A stretch of DNA of 64,000 nt from Trichoplax sp. H2 (taxonomy: Eukaryota): assembly GCA_003344405.1 (NCBI GenBank), contig NOWV01000023.1, positions 620,001 to 684,000 on the forward strand. Reading direction: 5' to 3'. Both the position numbers and the translations under genes were made by a program. The notes beneath the pieces were generated by a model. It ran no database searches and was not told the DNA's origin. It was given only the letters and a program-made list of their open reading frames with translations. Shown here one piece after another: positions 41,099-55,386 of the stretch (position 1 is its first letter; every line of letters begins with the position of its first letter).

Positions 41099-41400
41099 CT
41101 AAGTTGATAAATGGACTAAATTATTAAAAAATGAAGGATATCCTGATGTTAAAATTGCTAAAATTCAGTAGGTTGAAATTGGACTATATGTAGTATTGGA
41201 AATTTAACTGCTACGCTATAAGATAGGAAAGCAAGAATATTACCAACGAGAGAAGAAGATGAAAGTTAAAAAGAAAGTGAATGTGTGCATACGATTATAT
41301 GTGTATTTGAGTGTACTTGTATTTAAGGTGAAGAATTGAATGGTGTGAACAGAGAAAACAAATTTTGCACTTGCTACCCTTATGCCATGTATTTAAATAG
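41099..41400 (-). promoter_or_regulatory. Putative TATA box, non-coding exon 1 and 5'-UTR intron of the BrkDBD/CENP-B gene
   Basis: TATTTAAATA at ~41390-41399; minus-strand donor TTG|GTAAT at 41243; acceptor CAACTTAG at 41100-41099. Confidence 0.45.
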
Positions 41401-44400
41401 GCGTTTATTAATAAGCCAGGGCCAAGATCATTCTTGTCTGGAGGTCAAATTATAATTTACGGTAGTTGCTATCCAGCACAATTACGATTACAATGTTGAT
41501 AGTTATTGCTATTATTAGCCTCATCAACTATAATTGCTATGTCTACCCTGATGAGTATTCTATCCATTAATTGTTTTAATTATAAAAGATTGAATAACTG
41601 CAATAATAATTATTCCATTTTTTTCAGGAACAATATATGAAAATTAAGCAAGAAAATGCGATGATACAATAAAGATAATTATCGTTAATTTAAATATTTT
41701 TTTCACATGTCAAATTACAAAGGTAAGCATTAAATTCCACATCAACGGAATATAAAAACATGCATTGAAAACCAATAAGTGATATGCGACGTGATGGGAG
41801 GAGATTTGTTAAAATAGGAATTGTTACAAATCAAAGGTGCTGGGTAATAACTAAACAAGCGAATGAGATTTGAGGAAATAAATAGACAGGAATACAGAGA
41901 GAGAGAGTAATAATGTAGACTATGCAATTTATAGCAAATAATTAATAGAATGTAGGGATAATGCCATAATGAAAATGAGGAAGGAAGGGATATTAAGAGA
42001 AAGAGTATAAATTTGATTAAACAGTAGGTTAGTTTTAACAGAGTATTCCTTATTGAGTAGCCACTAATATAAATCAATGCAGTGAAACAATCAATCTTCT
42101 TTGAATACAATAGTTATTAGCTCTGCCGGTAGGGGTTGTCTCTTCGTTAATAATAGAACGGTAGGTGAACTGGACTGAATTAGAATGGTGTCAAAAGATT
42201 TCAATCAGAAAAAGAAAAGATTTCAGATGAAAAATAAAACATTTCATGTGTAATATTCAATAAAGCAATGATACCGGTAAGCAGTAAATATCTACAGGAC
42301 ATGCACCTGCTGGGATAGCATCTATTATGTAACTAACAACACTGTTGATTTGTTTAGTATTAACAGTAGCCAAAAGTAATAAAAGCTTAAAATAGTAGTA
42401 ACAGCTACGTTTAGAGCCAGCTTAGTAAAAGAGTTCTATAATTAATGACTTTTATTATCATTTCGATTACTGTTATCATTTTTCTTATTATTGATCAACA
42501 TATTTTGCTTATTAACTTTAACTGTAGCCATCCGATTATATTAAACACATTAATCAGTGATGCTTTCAGTTCTGATTCAAATCTAATGATCAATCACATT
42601 AAATGTCTTAAGAGTAATCATAACTAATAAAATATAAACACTCAAAATACTAATTCTGCATTTTTAAAGTGCTGAGTCAATTTAGCCGATTTAGATTATA
42701 ATTAAAATTCTATTGTTACCTAATATGTACAATATTATTTCATCTATATCTATCTATCAATCTATCTAGCATTTCTACGAATTTAGATTTATTACTCAAA
42801 TATAATTTCTAATAGCAGAATAATTTAAAGCAGCCAATAATGTTTTACACATCGATGACGGCTGAGCGATTTACTCACCAATCTATAAAGAATAAAATAA
42901 TTAATTCGTTGATATTAATCAGGAGGGATAACGACATAGAAATTTTTTTAGTAGTAATTGATCAATATGAGAATCTTTTATCTTTAAAGTATAAATGCAT
43001 AAAATCTATACCCCAAAGTTTAAAATATATTCTAAAGACTTTTAATATTGATCTTTCATGTTAATTATATACCATCACAACGGATTTAATTAAATTGAGA
43101 CCGCTACCATTTAATGATCAATACTAACTGATACGCATTTATAGTAATCTATTAATCTACAGTATTGCGTTCAGTACAAATTTGTTCACTATTAATGGGT
43201 ATCACACCTGCCTTACACCATAGTTAACTATACCGTACTATTGAATAATGATTGCAGAAGTGATTATAGTGGTAGCTAATGCAAACTGTTGTTGCTACTA
43301 CCTTAGACATTAATGCAGTCAGGTAACAATTAATTTCCTGAACGAATGAGAGACTCATTCAATAAAAAAATAGATCAAGCTGTAATTAGAAAATATTGAA
43401 TAATATCATTTATGGGTGATTATCAGTCCCCTAGATCAATCACAGTAGAATAAAATCATTATATATTATCAGTATCCTAAGAACAATGTGTCACTAAATA
43501 ATGCTTAATTGATCCGGTATTATTAGAAAAATAGGAAATTACGGTCAATTTCTAATGTTTTATATTGCGTACGTTCATGATTAATAGCGTCTGGCCGGTG
43601 AAATTAAGCTATTTGGGGGCTTTATCAGATAGATGTAAAGGTTATACAATAACTACATATGATAAATTTATTGATCCAAAGCAGCATGAAATTTCGTCCT
43701 TTCAGACATTTCGATCTCATTATTGTCTGTTATCACGTTTACGACTCGTCATTGAACAATTGCTATTAAATAACACGTAGAAAACGACCAGAGCTTATTT
43801 ATTCTTAGATGAGAATACCAGCAGCTAAAAAAATACCCTAGTAGCAAAGGAAGTTAAAAATAGAGTTGTTAATGAGCGTTTCAGTGGATAATATAATTTA
43901 GTCTTTATGTCAATAATACTGTAATCATAGCTATGAGTATTATGTAACAGGAATGCCAAAATTTTACATATGCAATTTCTACTGTTATTGTTTCTATAAT
44001 TTAAATAAATATTCATTATAGCTCTTAATTAAACTTCACTTTAATATAGTATAGATCAGACATTGATAAATTGCTCATTAGTGAATATTAGGGAAAAACG
44101 GTGATAAGATTATAGCTTTATTTCGAGTATTGGCTTAATGAATTGCTAGTCTATATAATCCTTATATAGGCACATTAGTAATAAATAGCTAACCGTATCT
44201 ATCTATAATTCCATATTATTTTATCAACATAGCCTTATCCTATTGTATAAAGCTATTTAAATTTAAGTTACTTTAAGAAAATTACTTTTGCAGTAAATTA
44301 GATTCTATTGATTCAAAAATTAAATTAATATCAACGTTATAATTACTTACCGCAACTTTATTTGCAATACTGTATCCATCAAGGTAAGATCAGTATGCTT

Positions 44401-47400
44401 CCCATTATAATTAAGCAACCAATAATTTACCTTTGCAAATATTAATCAACGAATTAGATCATATGACAATCAATGTCTTGGAAGATTTGATTAGCCATCA
44501 AAAGGAAACAACAGCGGAAGAGGAATCAAAATCTATTAATCAAAATTGAGTTACAGCAATTTTGCCAAGGGTCACGAAATATTTTGATTGTAAATAGCGG
44601 GTAGAGTGCATTTACATCTTACGTGGATTTATTGATCAGCTTATAAAATAATAAAATAAGGGAAGTCAATCAATTCTTAAAAGAAAAGATTTACTTATGA
44701 AACATGACTACTATTTTCTGTATGGATACATTATGAAATATGTTCATATTGCATTTCACTTTTTTGATTACAGCATAAAGCTCTTGATTGAAGGGATAAC
44801 TAAAATATTTAATCAACTGTATAGGCACAGAAATGAAATTATAAGCTAGATATTTGACCACTACATTTCTGCTTAGCTAAGAACTGTTTGCTGGGTACAG
44901 CATAATTCTACAGTCACATAGATCTACCATCTTTCATTAACTGATATCAGCAAAAAAACATTAAAATATCAAGAAGATATCCAATATTTTTACTTAACTT
45001 TAATATCATGAGGTAGGTGAATCTTTTTTTAATTTACTGCGCAAGGGAATATTAATATAGAAATAAAAGAGGGAAACAATGAAAATGTATGAAAATCGCT
45101 TGCTATTGCAAACTAATCATTGTATTTTATAGCTAACAATTCGATCTTAACATCATTATAGCTAATATATTTATTACCATTATTACCAGTTTTGCGGCTG
45201 CATTTGATTAGGTATGGAACAAAGCGGGTTTAATTTTTACTTCATTTCATAAATACAAAGATGATATGCGATTAGCCTCATCAAATGATGCTAAAGTTTA
45301 CGCTTACTTAAAAGAAATCTAAAAAAGGCCTACGAAGGTAATCTGAGCCATTGGTGCTAACGAATGCTATAATTTTTCGCAATGACAACGACATCTTTTG
45401 ATCACAATACAACTAGTACTGCAATTTATGAGATTGAAATAATGAAATATTTAGAATATATAGCTTTACAAGAACATTTCATTCGAATGTCACTATTGGT
45501 AAATACAGTGTTGATGATATAGATTTGATCTGACAGATTATAATGCTTGGTTTTAAGAAAAATCCGAAATTTCCGTCTTATATATCATACTTCCGATTAA
45601 TTAAAAAGAACTTTAGTAATATTTATTTTTATCATAGGATCATAGTGATTTAATAGCGATGACTAAATATAGTCAATGTTCTGTTACTGCCGTAGGCTAC
45701 AAAAGATGAATTATAAATACAATATTTTTACTTCCTACTTATAGATAATGCAGTAAATTCGTATTTTATTGCCCATACAATAATATCGAAATAGTGACCA
45801 CGGTAGCGATATAGGTAAAACAGAGTTGGAATGAATCCAGTATTTCATCAAGTGATCTATAAGCAGCCTTTCTGGCCAAATTACTTAGTATAAGACAGTA
45901 ATAAAAGTTATTAAACTACAATAATACAAGACAAATCTCTACGCTGTGTACGATGTATTTTGTATTTGTTAGTATTAAAAATGTTTCTTAAGTATCCAAG
46001 AATAAATTTTTTATCTAAAAATATAGTAATTCAATCAATATAGCCCCTACAAAAAGTAGCTACTACAATCAACGTAAAATATTGCTTCAAACCAATTTCA
46101 CATACAATCAAAATTTAGTAATGCCACGTTCTTATGCTAATTCTTGTTTACATTATTCGTAATGATTTAGACTGCTGATAATTTGTTACTGTGCTTGAAA
46201 CTAGAAATATTTTAGGAGTAGTGTTTAATAAAACTGTAGATTACAACTCAGCTATAATCATTAGCAGAACTTACAGTTTTTGTAATACAATGCAGAATTA
46301 ATAATTCTAAATGAGTCTATTATTGATAATATTGGCACCGAGAATAGCATTGTACATCTTGTTGTTTTTAAGGTCAATTTTTGGATATAAAATTCAATAG
46401 TTATTTTTCACTATACAACTATAAATGAATTAAATTAAAACAATTTCAGTTTTTTTTGTCAATGCAAGGGGCTATTAATCGATCGCATGACTACAACGCA
46501 TGAAATTAGGCCAATTTAAGAAGTTTTGATATTGTCAAATCGGGAGCTTGAAAGCTATTTCTATTTTATTCTACGAAATGTCAGTTAGAATTTTTAAACT
46601 ATCAGTATTTGCATTAAAATATTTGCTAAAGCAAAAGCTAGTTTTAATTTGTAAATATGGTTTATAATATGAAGCAATCACGAAATTTTCAAGGATATAG
46701 CTGTCATAAATCTTTGCTACTTGGTTACTTTGCTGTAGACGATAATATCGTATGCATACTAATGAATTAATTATAACTAATGATTTTAATTGTAAATAGC
46801 GATGCCTAATAACTTACCAAGTTTTAAATAATATTTATACCTTTATTTATGTCTTTCGTTTATCGTGAGAAATGATTTGAACATGAATCATTTGTTGAAA
46901 GACGCAATATAAACATAATAAACTACGTAATTTTCCACATGAAAAAGCAGACGTCTGTATTTCATAATCTCCGGTTAATTCAAAAAGTTAGTAAGACCTG
47001 TCAAAATTGCAGTTTTTAATGCATTTATTCAAACAATATCATTCCATTTATTATTAGCCCACTGCTTATGAATTAGACCGGTATTTCATCTTGTAATTGA
47101 ATTTCAATTATATGCATAGAAAATAAAAGAAGGTGATTCCTTTATTATCTTATTATAACCAAGTTATTTTTATTAACATTAGTTTAGGTTTACTATCAAT
47201 TGTAAAATTGCGTTGTAAACAGAATGATAATACTATTAATATAAACTACTGCCTACATTTTATGGTATCAAACTTCGATTAATAATAAAATTTAATCAAT
47301 TTTATACTCCTTTCATAACAGGTGTAACTTTAAAGGATGTAGATAATATGGGGAATTTTATAAGCTATGATCTAATGAACTAATAAACTAACATTATCTG

Positions 47401-50400
47401 GCCGTTTAATGGTAATGACCTATCTGACAATACAATAACTGAAATTGTTTTGTATGTATAATTTAATTTACTTTATTGACGATGCTGAATAATATGTGTC
47501 AGTACGACATTAAATTTGAATTTTATAAAATAATGAATATCTTATGATAACTTGCGTATTAAATACCATTTCGATACCCAAGTAGTGGATGGGATATAGT
47601 ATTTGTTAGGTGGCTTAATATTGCATATAGCACCTTTTTACAGTCGTGAGATTCCACCTTTTTCGTTTTCAGAATTTAATCGTAAGAATTCTATACCAAA
47701 AATTTATTTAGGCTAAGAGTCACAATTATTTGTTCTGGTAGAATGGGCTTCATTTAGGCATTACAGAATACCATAAATCAATCAATTAATTGTGCCACTT
47801 AAGACTAGCTTTAATGATTGCTTAAATATAAAATAGTAGACAGCATTCCGTAAACTCAATTTCAATAACAATACATATCCAGTTCAGTAAGTTATACGTA
47901 CAGGATAGAATAAAATAAAGGCTACGAATTATGTAAGAAACTCAAAAAGGCATTTAGCCGTTAGGATATTTGTCGACAATATTGGCTATAAGAATAAAGT
48001 ATTTGGAAACAATATATTGCAGATTAACGACAGTTCCTCATGCATTTAACTACCATCTACAGCGAAATTACTTATTAAATTTCTATTGGATATCTGCGGC
48101 CGACACTTTTATTAGATGAGTCGACATTATATTATTATGACCACCATTTCGATAAAAAAATTAGACCATGGCTGAATAAACGAATGATTCAGTTACTAAA
48201 TTTACAGCTAATTGTTTAGCAAAATAACTTTTCTTTATCCGAAATATATGAATATGTGTTAATGGATTTCGTCGAGACTTAGTCCTATATCGTATAGTAA
48301 TAATAACACCAATCTTTCCTTTTACAGAAAATTTTATAGACTGTTACTGATATTGTTAATACAGTAAGCTATTCGTATATTTTATAAACTATGCTCGACT
48401 TTTTATGCTGTAAATAGCTTTGAGACAAAAGTCTTCAATATCAAATAGAATGTATTGTTAAGATAGTTGCATATGTCAAGACTTAGGGCTATTGTTATCT
48501 TGAAGCCTAAAAGATCATGGTCATAAAGATTCAGAAATAATATGAAAGATTGTGAGGATGGGATCGATCTCTAAAACAAACAATTTACTCTAAGAAATAG
48601 TTTTAAATTTTATCGAATTAAATAGATGCTTAATAAACAATGGAAGTAGCTTATAATAACTGAAATCTGCAAATTATCCAAGTATACTGTGTATGTTAGA
48701 TATACAAATATACTATTGTCAATCAAGAGTTTAACGGTGTGCCGTAAACCATTAAATTTCAAATACGACAGGTATTATCTAAATGGTAGAATTTTAAACT
48801 GATTATATTCTTGATTTACAGTATTTATAATTTTATATCAATTTAGGAAGTGATGTTAATTAGTCTAGACATTAGCCGATTAAATTGCTGTTGGCAGTTA
48901 CAGATGATATAGTATGATGATGTATCGTAAAAAATTACAATGCCCTCAAGGCAAGCTACCGAAAATTTTTGATAACGAATAAAGATAATATCTATAATGC
49001 TCTCAGCTTTAAAAATAATAGAGTAACAGTAGATGCGGAACTTCCTAGTAATGGTTGCTGATAAATATTTTATAATCCTATCAAGTAAATTTTCTAGATA
49101 AATTGATAGAAGATCATTACGAATTACTATGCCAATTCTATATTATTTTTAAGATATCATTTAAATAGCATCGAGCCAGGACACACTTTTCAGTAGAGTA
49201 GAACTACATTAATTTAATGCTTAGATATTTGTAAGGCTTCTATTTATGTTTTGACTAAGCGTGTTTACAGATATATTATTTTCATTCCTTAAGCTTTTGT
49301 CTTACGATATAACTGAATTAAGGATTATAAAGCTACAATATGACCCTGGTGGCGCATATAAAGCCATTAAATGCTAATCTAAGTTACCCGTAGCCAAATA
49401 GCTTGTGACTAGTGAAACAGGTAAAGATATAAAATATGGTGTAAAAGTGGCAGTTCCATGCTATTATTAGAGCTACTCTATAAACTATATTTAGTTATTT
49501 CGATTTATTATTTAATTACTCTAGCTAATTGTAGTGTATTTAGAATATACTATAACCATATTCTGCTCTTAAATATAGACATGTGTGACAGTGTTATGTA
49601 CTGTATTAGAGTAGAAATATCTATGTTAAGATAATCCTGTTAGCCTATCCTTATTTTAGTTAACTTCTAATTTGGATATACTGTGTTTTAATATAACATT
49701 GACTTTTTACGACAGAGACACATATACATGTAATGAAATTAATAATTATAATAGGGAATGCAAATCATCTACTTACAGTTCGAATCATTGTGATTGTAAT
49801 TTACTTATGGTAGATTGTAAATTATCATGGAAATGTTCCGTGATAGGACATATCGTAATCTGACTATTCTGTATTAGTCATTACATGTCTATGTTCTTAA
49901 ATACTGTTGTCTGCATTAAGGGAGCAGTAACTAAAATTAATATCTAATTCAGTAAATGATTCCAAAGTTAATTGTATTAACTATGACTCATGAACTATTG
50001 AGGAATAGTATATAAATGCAGTATATCATGAAATAAAGTGGATTCTCAAACTTAGTGTTTAACGTAAAATACGAGGCGTCTAAGTCTTTGTGTAGTCTGC
50101 TAGTAGAGCAAAAAGTATTTCTGATAGTGTAGATATCGTTCCTTGATACGTGGTTCAAGGAATTGACTTATTGATCGTACATTACATTATCTTGTTGTAA
50201 AGTTTTTTTGTGACAACATGTTGTATTGATCTTATATTTATACATATCTACAGTCTGTTCGCTCTACATTCAAATATGGCTTACTACATTTAGTTATTAC
50301 AGTCCTCGCTATTTTCTACAATCATCTGCTATTCTAAAATCTGTTATGGTATATATTGTATCTAATCCTACAATCATATTCTCTGCATGTGTTCTAATGC

Positions 50401-52802
50401 CATAGCTATAAATACTGCCATTTTCTACCTTAGACTTCTTAAGTTGCATTATTAGTCACAGTTAGCATTCACATGTTACTCACAGCAGCTACCAAGCTGA
50501 CCTACTGTAATTATCACGCTGTACCTAACTACTATCTACAATAAGGTATCCTCTTTTCTTAAACTCCTTGTACAATTCTCTGCATGATAACTAAATCCAC
50601 ATTATCTGACTCTTCGAACCCTCCATCACACTGATATACTGAAAGAAATATACATATATGATAATTACGCTGTAAATTAATGCTCTAAGCAATCCCTACT
50701 ATTTATTTCCAAACATCAACTGTAGTACCTTGTTCCTTTTACACGGAAATCATACGCGGATATGATGTTTGAGTAAATCTCTGGAGGGTGCCACAACTAA
50801 AAACAATCGAATAGCTATTGGTATTTGTAGCAGATTCACTAGGAATCTTGTAACTTGCAGCTAGATGATAATACGATGCCAAAACTCCATTAAAGTACAT
50901 GCCTTATAGTCAGTTTTACTTTGAACGCTGATAACTAAGGCATATAGCTTTAAGATGCTTAGGTAGTAGTATTTAAAAATGGAAAACATACTGTACTTTA
51001 TACTCTGCTAATAATTTCGTAATTAAAAGAAGATTATGCTATAATTAAGAACGTTGTCATTGTAGCCTAATAATTAATATTTATTAATCAGCTTTTAGCC
51101 CACATGATATAAAAATTTCTACCATGTATGCACTTGAATTATTCTTGAAATTTTCACTATATTACTGGATTTGTAAATTTAATATAACTAGTAATACAGT
51201 AACTCCTTTAATTCATAAAATAGTTTAGTATTCTAAGTGATTTTTTTAATATACTGGAACTACTTTTGTATTGCACACTAGACATAAATTACGTACTGCT
51301 GCACTTATGATAAACCTTCAATTGATATGGAATTTTATTGAGGCTTACAATCCAGAAGATTTCAAATTCATACACTTATGATTTGGACATTTTACTAGAG
51401 TTGAAAGTTTAAAATTTTAGTTCATTGGAGTATGTTCAAATTAAGTCAAACTCGATAATTGGTAAAATTTTTTAATTTTGTACGTAAAATTATAGTAACA
51501 CTTATTGCTAATTTAATACATCAGGTCGAGTTCAGCCAATGAAGATTTTCGTCTCAAATTTAGTAAAATTGGTTGCGATATCAGTAGTGGATCTTATTTC
51601 GAGACCATCAATAGTCTTAAAAGTTATTACTGTTCAGTATCATGATGTGAATACTGACACTATCGTAGCAAGAGTTTGATACACCATAGTGACAATTGAA
51701 ATTCTTATTTCCTACACTGATATTAAATAGAATTGAATAAAGCACTGAAATAATCATTGCAATAATTTCCTACCGCTGATAGGTTATACATTGGTGATGT
51801 TGAAGAGAAAATGCAAGATATTTTAAGTTAAGTTAAAATTGAAAATTTACTTGCTGGAGTTACGTCCATTGCACGTTTATTCTGCTCGTTCACAGCCTAT
51901 GATCTTAAAGAAATCTTGTTCAAAAACTTTATTGGATACGGTATGCAAGTCTTCTTTAAAAAATATATTTATGGCAGCGATAAATTTATCGGGCTGCCGA
52001 GTTTTCATTTTGGAGTAAAAATTTATAGCAATCATTTAATTATCTCTTTTTACCGAACTGAAAATGAATTTTGTACTAATCTAATTTGATGCTGTCAGGT
52101 ATTGCAGTTGCGAATTGAATCTGAAAATATTAGAAGCTGTAAAAAGAAAGAAAATTACTTTCTAAAGGAACTTTGGGATTCTATTATATTGAATAACTTT
52201 AATTAGTTCATAATCTTATAAGAACCATGCAAGAATTGCTAATTAAGAGATTACCCTAGTAATAGATAATAATTTTTGAAATAAAGTACTTAAGTCCTAT
52301 CGTTATGGCTCTTCCGAAAAAATTTTAATAGTCTACTCGCATCTTACTTTTAGAGGCTAATTAGTGAGATTTAGCATCCTAGTTTTTAAGATGTTGCATA
52401 AATTTTTCATCATATGATGGAAGAGGTCTATTGACGGAGTCTGTACTCCGTCAATTAATTGTAGCGTTAGTTTTAGTAATTAGTAATTGAGATTTTAGTA
52501 ATTGTTAATAACCTTTATTTATTAGGTATTCGATAATTATAACGTTGTTAGTAGTCATACTTGTTGTAGACTCTGTGCAGAGTAGTGTACTTACAGAGGT
52601 GACAACTTATATTCACACATAGTAATTTCTGTTACTTTGTGCCGAGCCTTTGATTGTTAATTGGCTCTTAATTAGTTTCTAACTCATTAGTGTTGTTTAC
52701 GCCGTCTGCCGTACTAAACTATATAGACAGTCGGCTATACAAAAGCTATATAATTTTAGAGTTATTTATCTAAGCTGTGCACCGAGTGCAACCGAGCTAG
52801 GG

Positions 52803-52866
52803 TATATAAAGGCTGATGCTCTCATTAGCAGTGGAGTTGACGATTGACCGTGTAGTGTACGTGAGT
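52803..52866 (+). promoter_or_regulatory. Candidate TATA-Inr core promoter with a short exon and splice donor
   Basis: TATATAAA 52803-52810, Inr-like GCAGT with A at 52830, donor GTGAGT 52861-52866; locally higher GC. Confidence 0.4.
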
Positions 52867-54366
52867 AGTTACAGTAGGTTTCCTTGTCGTGGGCTGAACA
52901 CGACATCTATCAATAGACTTCGTTAATGATTGATAGATATACCGGCTACTAAATTTGGCTCGATAGGTTATGAAGAAAATCGAGGGCAATAAAACATTTT
53001 AAAATTTACAAGTTTTAATTCGGGCAAAACTTGAGCAGGAACTATAAATATCTTTCCTGAGAACAGAAATAACAGCTTGGAATAGATGATAGTCACTTGC
53101 CAAAAAAATAAATTTATGTGATGTTATGCTTTGTTCATTTAGATATTATAGTTTAGTACGGTAACAGACCAATCAAACTACAAAATAGTAGGAGTCTCAT
53201 TTATAGATTCTCTAAGAATTGCAGTAAAAAAAGGCTAAGAGTTTAAGCAGTGATATATATCGTTATAGTTAGTTATTACCTACATAACCTACGATAATGT
53301 GGCGAAGCTAATAAATAGATTTTAGTTTTGAATATTTTTGTTAATATATTTTACAGGAGTAAAATTAGCTGTAAATTAGAACTAAAATTACTTCGATTTG
53401 AGTTGGCTATAATAAATACTACCGCATATACTCGTACCTATAATCATATGTATTACTTCTGTAGTCGGATAAATAGATTTATCCTATTTTCATACAGATT
53501 GCAATAATTGTAGAATTTTCGATCACATAATGTCTTTCATGTTAGAATTGAAGCAATATGACATCTCTAATTTATATTTTCTAGATCGTAAACATATTAT
53601 AATTCAATTCGAACCTACGTATAATAATTTATGTTATTTTCCAAGTCTTTTCAGTCTAGAAATTGTATACTCTTACGAGTACATATTTTATTTCGACTAA
53701 AAAATCACACTTTTGTAGATGCAGATTTTCCTTTAGATAATAATCTGTGATAAATCTTTTTCAATACCCAAATATATACACGGTAGATAATAATATTGAT
53801 CCCGATTGATGACTATTTAGGCTAATAGTGATATAGAACAAATTGATATTACTTATTATTACGGTCAGCGGCGTTAAAATAGTGAGATCAGGTAATAATT
53901 TCATGAGATAGACAAAAGATTTTTCTATTTGAATTAGATTAGAATAACATACAAATAAACCTGAAATATGCATTAAATACTCAAAATTAGATTCTTGCTA
54001 AAAGTTATTGACTTAAATGTTTCAACTTTATCAAAATATTCTAAAATAAAGCAAGATTCGATTACTCATGAGATTGTTAAAATGCAAATATAGAGCTTTT
54101 ATACGCATACTCTAATTAACAGATCGTGCTGATGTACCTTACATTAATATAGTTACTCCAAAGAAATAATGTGTGTCGCTGTCGTTATTCGATATTGATA
54201 ATCCATAGAGCCATTAGTGAGTTTATAGAGTCTACAATTTTCGATACTCTCAAATAAGTTAAAGTCTGCTCTGTGAAAAAGCACAAGATCGGATGCTCTT
54301 ATACCAGAAATTATGTGAATTTTGATACGCTATAGAGTCTGTAATAATTGGGTTTACTTTTAATCA

Positions 54367-55386
54367 TCATCTTACTTTCATTTCATGTGATCGATATATA
54401 CGCGTACACGGTTGGTAGTAACTGCTAAAGATGTAGATAAAGGGATTGATTGCCGCAGTCATAGTTACGCACATTAATAATATCGGAATAGTCCTTTCGT
54501 AAGTGAAATTTTGAAGCAATGGTGATTTAGTAATTCGAATAACAGCAGCAAATCCTATCGGCAACCAACTAATAACATTCGCAATTACGATAATAACAGC
54601 CATCTTTAAAACTTTCCTCTCATAGATACTGCATTGCGATCTTAGTACCAGTCGAACAGATTTAACGGTTTTGAAAATCATCACATACATAAATGTAATA
54701 ATAATAGTTGCTAATAAAGCCCATGCTATTGATAGAAAGGATAATATTCGAATGAAAATAATATTAATATCTGCTGTAATACATAAATTCGCATAAACTA
54801 GCCAAACATGATAATCAGTTAAAAAAACTGAACTAATCACTAATATTGAAGCAATGAGTAAAGAAGTCAACCAAAATAACAAGACAGATCTTTTGGCGAT
54901 ACGATATGTTAATTTATACTTACTAGTTGGATGAAGAATAGAAATATATCGATCAGTGGTGACAATGAGACTGATCCCAATTGACAAGTGAAATGTTAAC
55001 TGAATTATAAATCTAGCTAAAAAACAAAATGGACTTTTTAACCACTGATTTGGTAGATCAAGAATGGAAGAATTATTTTCGATTTGAGTATTGTTGCGTT
55101 GCCAAATATTATAATGTGCATCAGCGGACAAAATGATGAATAAATGTACTACCGTGAACAGATCTGAAACAGCTAAGTTAGTAAACAGAAATAAAGTTAT
55201 TTTACCAAGTCTGGAAGAATTGTATCTATGATGAAGGATGCTATCGGCTTGTTGATTTGGATAAGTTTTTCTTTTTCGCAAATTATGATTCATGACTATT
55301 ACTGTGCTATTACCAATAAATCCTATGATGCTCAACGTCCAGCCGAAAATTCTGGCTATTGTGTTGCTATTTAGGACAGATTCCAT
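54367..55386 (-). CDS. Class A (rhodopsin-like) GPCR, LGR/RXFP-type 7TM without ectodomain, single coding exon, 339 aa
   Basis: Seven hydrophobic segments with GN (TM1), NLAVSD (TM2), WLKSPFC (ECL1), DRY (TM3), SWLP (TM6) and NPFIY (TM7). First ATG is at 55386; the ORF-track start at 55443 is a TTG inside a probable 5'-UTR intron (55596-55416). Confidence 0.9.
   Translation of the reverse strand: MESVLNSNTIARIFGWTLSIIGFIGNSTVIVMNHNLRKRKTYPNQQADSILHHRYNSSRLGKITLFLFTNLAVSDLFTVVHLFIILSADAHYNIWQRNNTQIENNSSILDLPNQWLKSPFCFLARFIIQLTFHLSIGISLIVTTDRYISILHPTSKYKLTYRIAKRSVLLFWLTSLLIASILVISSVFLTDYHVWLVYANLCITADINIIFIRILSFLSIAWALLATIIITFMYVMIFKTVKSVRLVLRSQCSIYERKVLKMAVIIVIANVISWLPIGFAAVIRITKSPLLQNFTYERTIPILLMCVTMTAAINPFIYIFSSYYQPCTRIYRSHEMKVR

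Noticed and set aside
40000..41700. Autonomous pogo/Tigger transposon around the HTH ORF
   Set aside because: No DDE domain, terminal inverted repeats or TA target-site duplication recognised.
41742..44016. Short hydrophobic ORFs (41742-42110, 42445-42627, 42840-43064, 43565-43780, 43825-44016)
   Set aside because: I/L/F/Y/N-rich translations expected from AT-rich or purine-skewed DNA; no motifs or consistent splice structure.
52811..52885. Minus-strand GAAAC...GTC...CTAATGAG as a possible type II hammerhead
   Set aside because: Core deviates from CUGANGA, and stems I and II do not pair.
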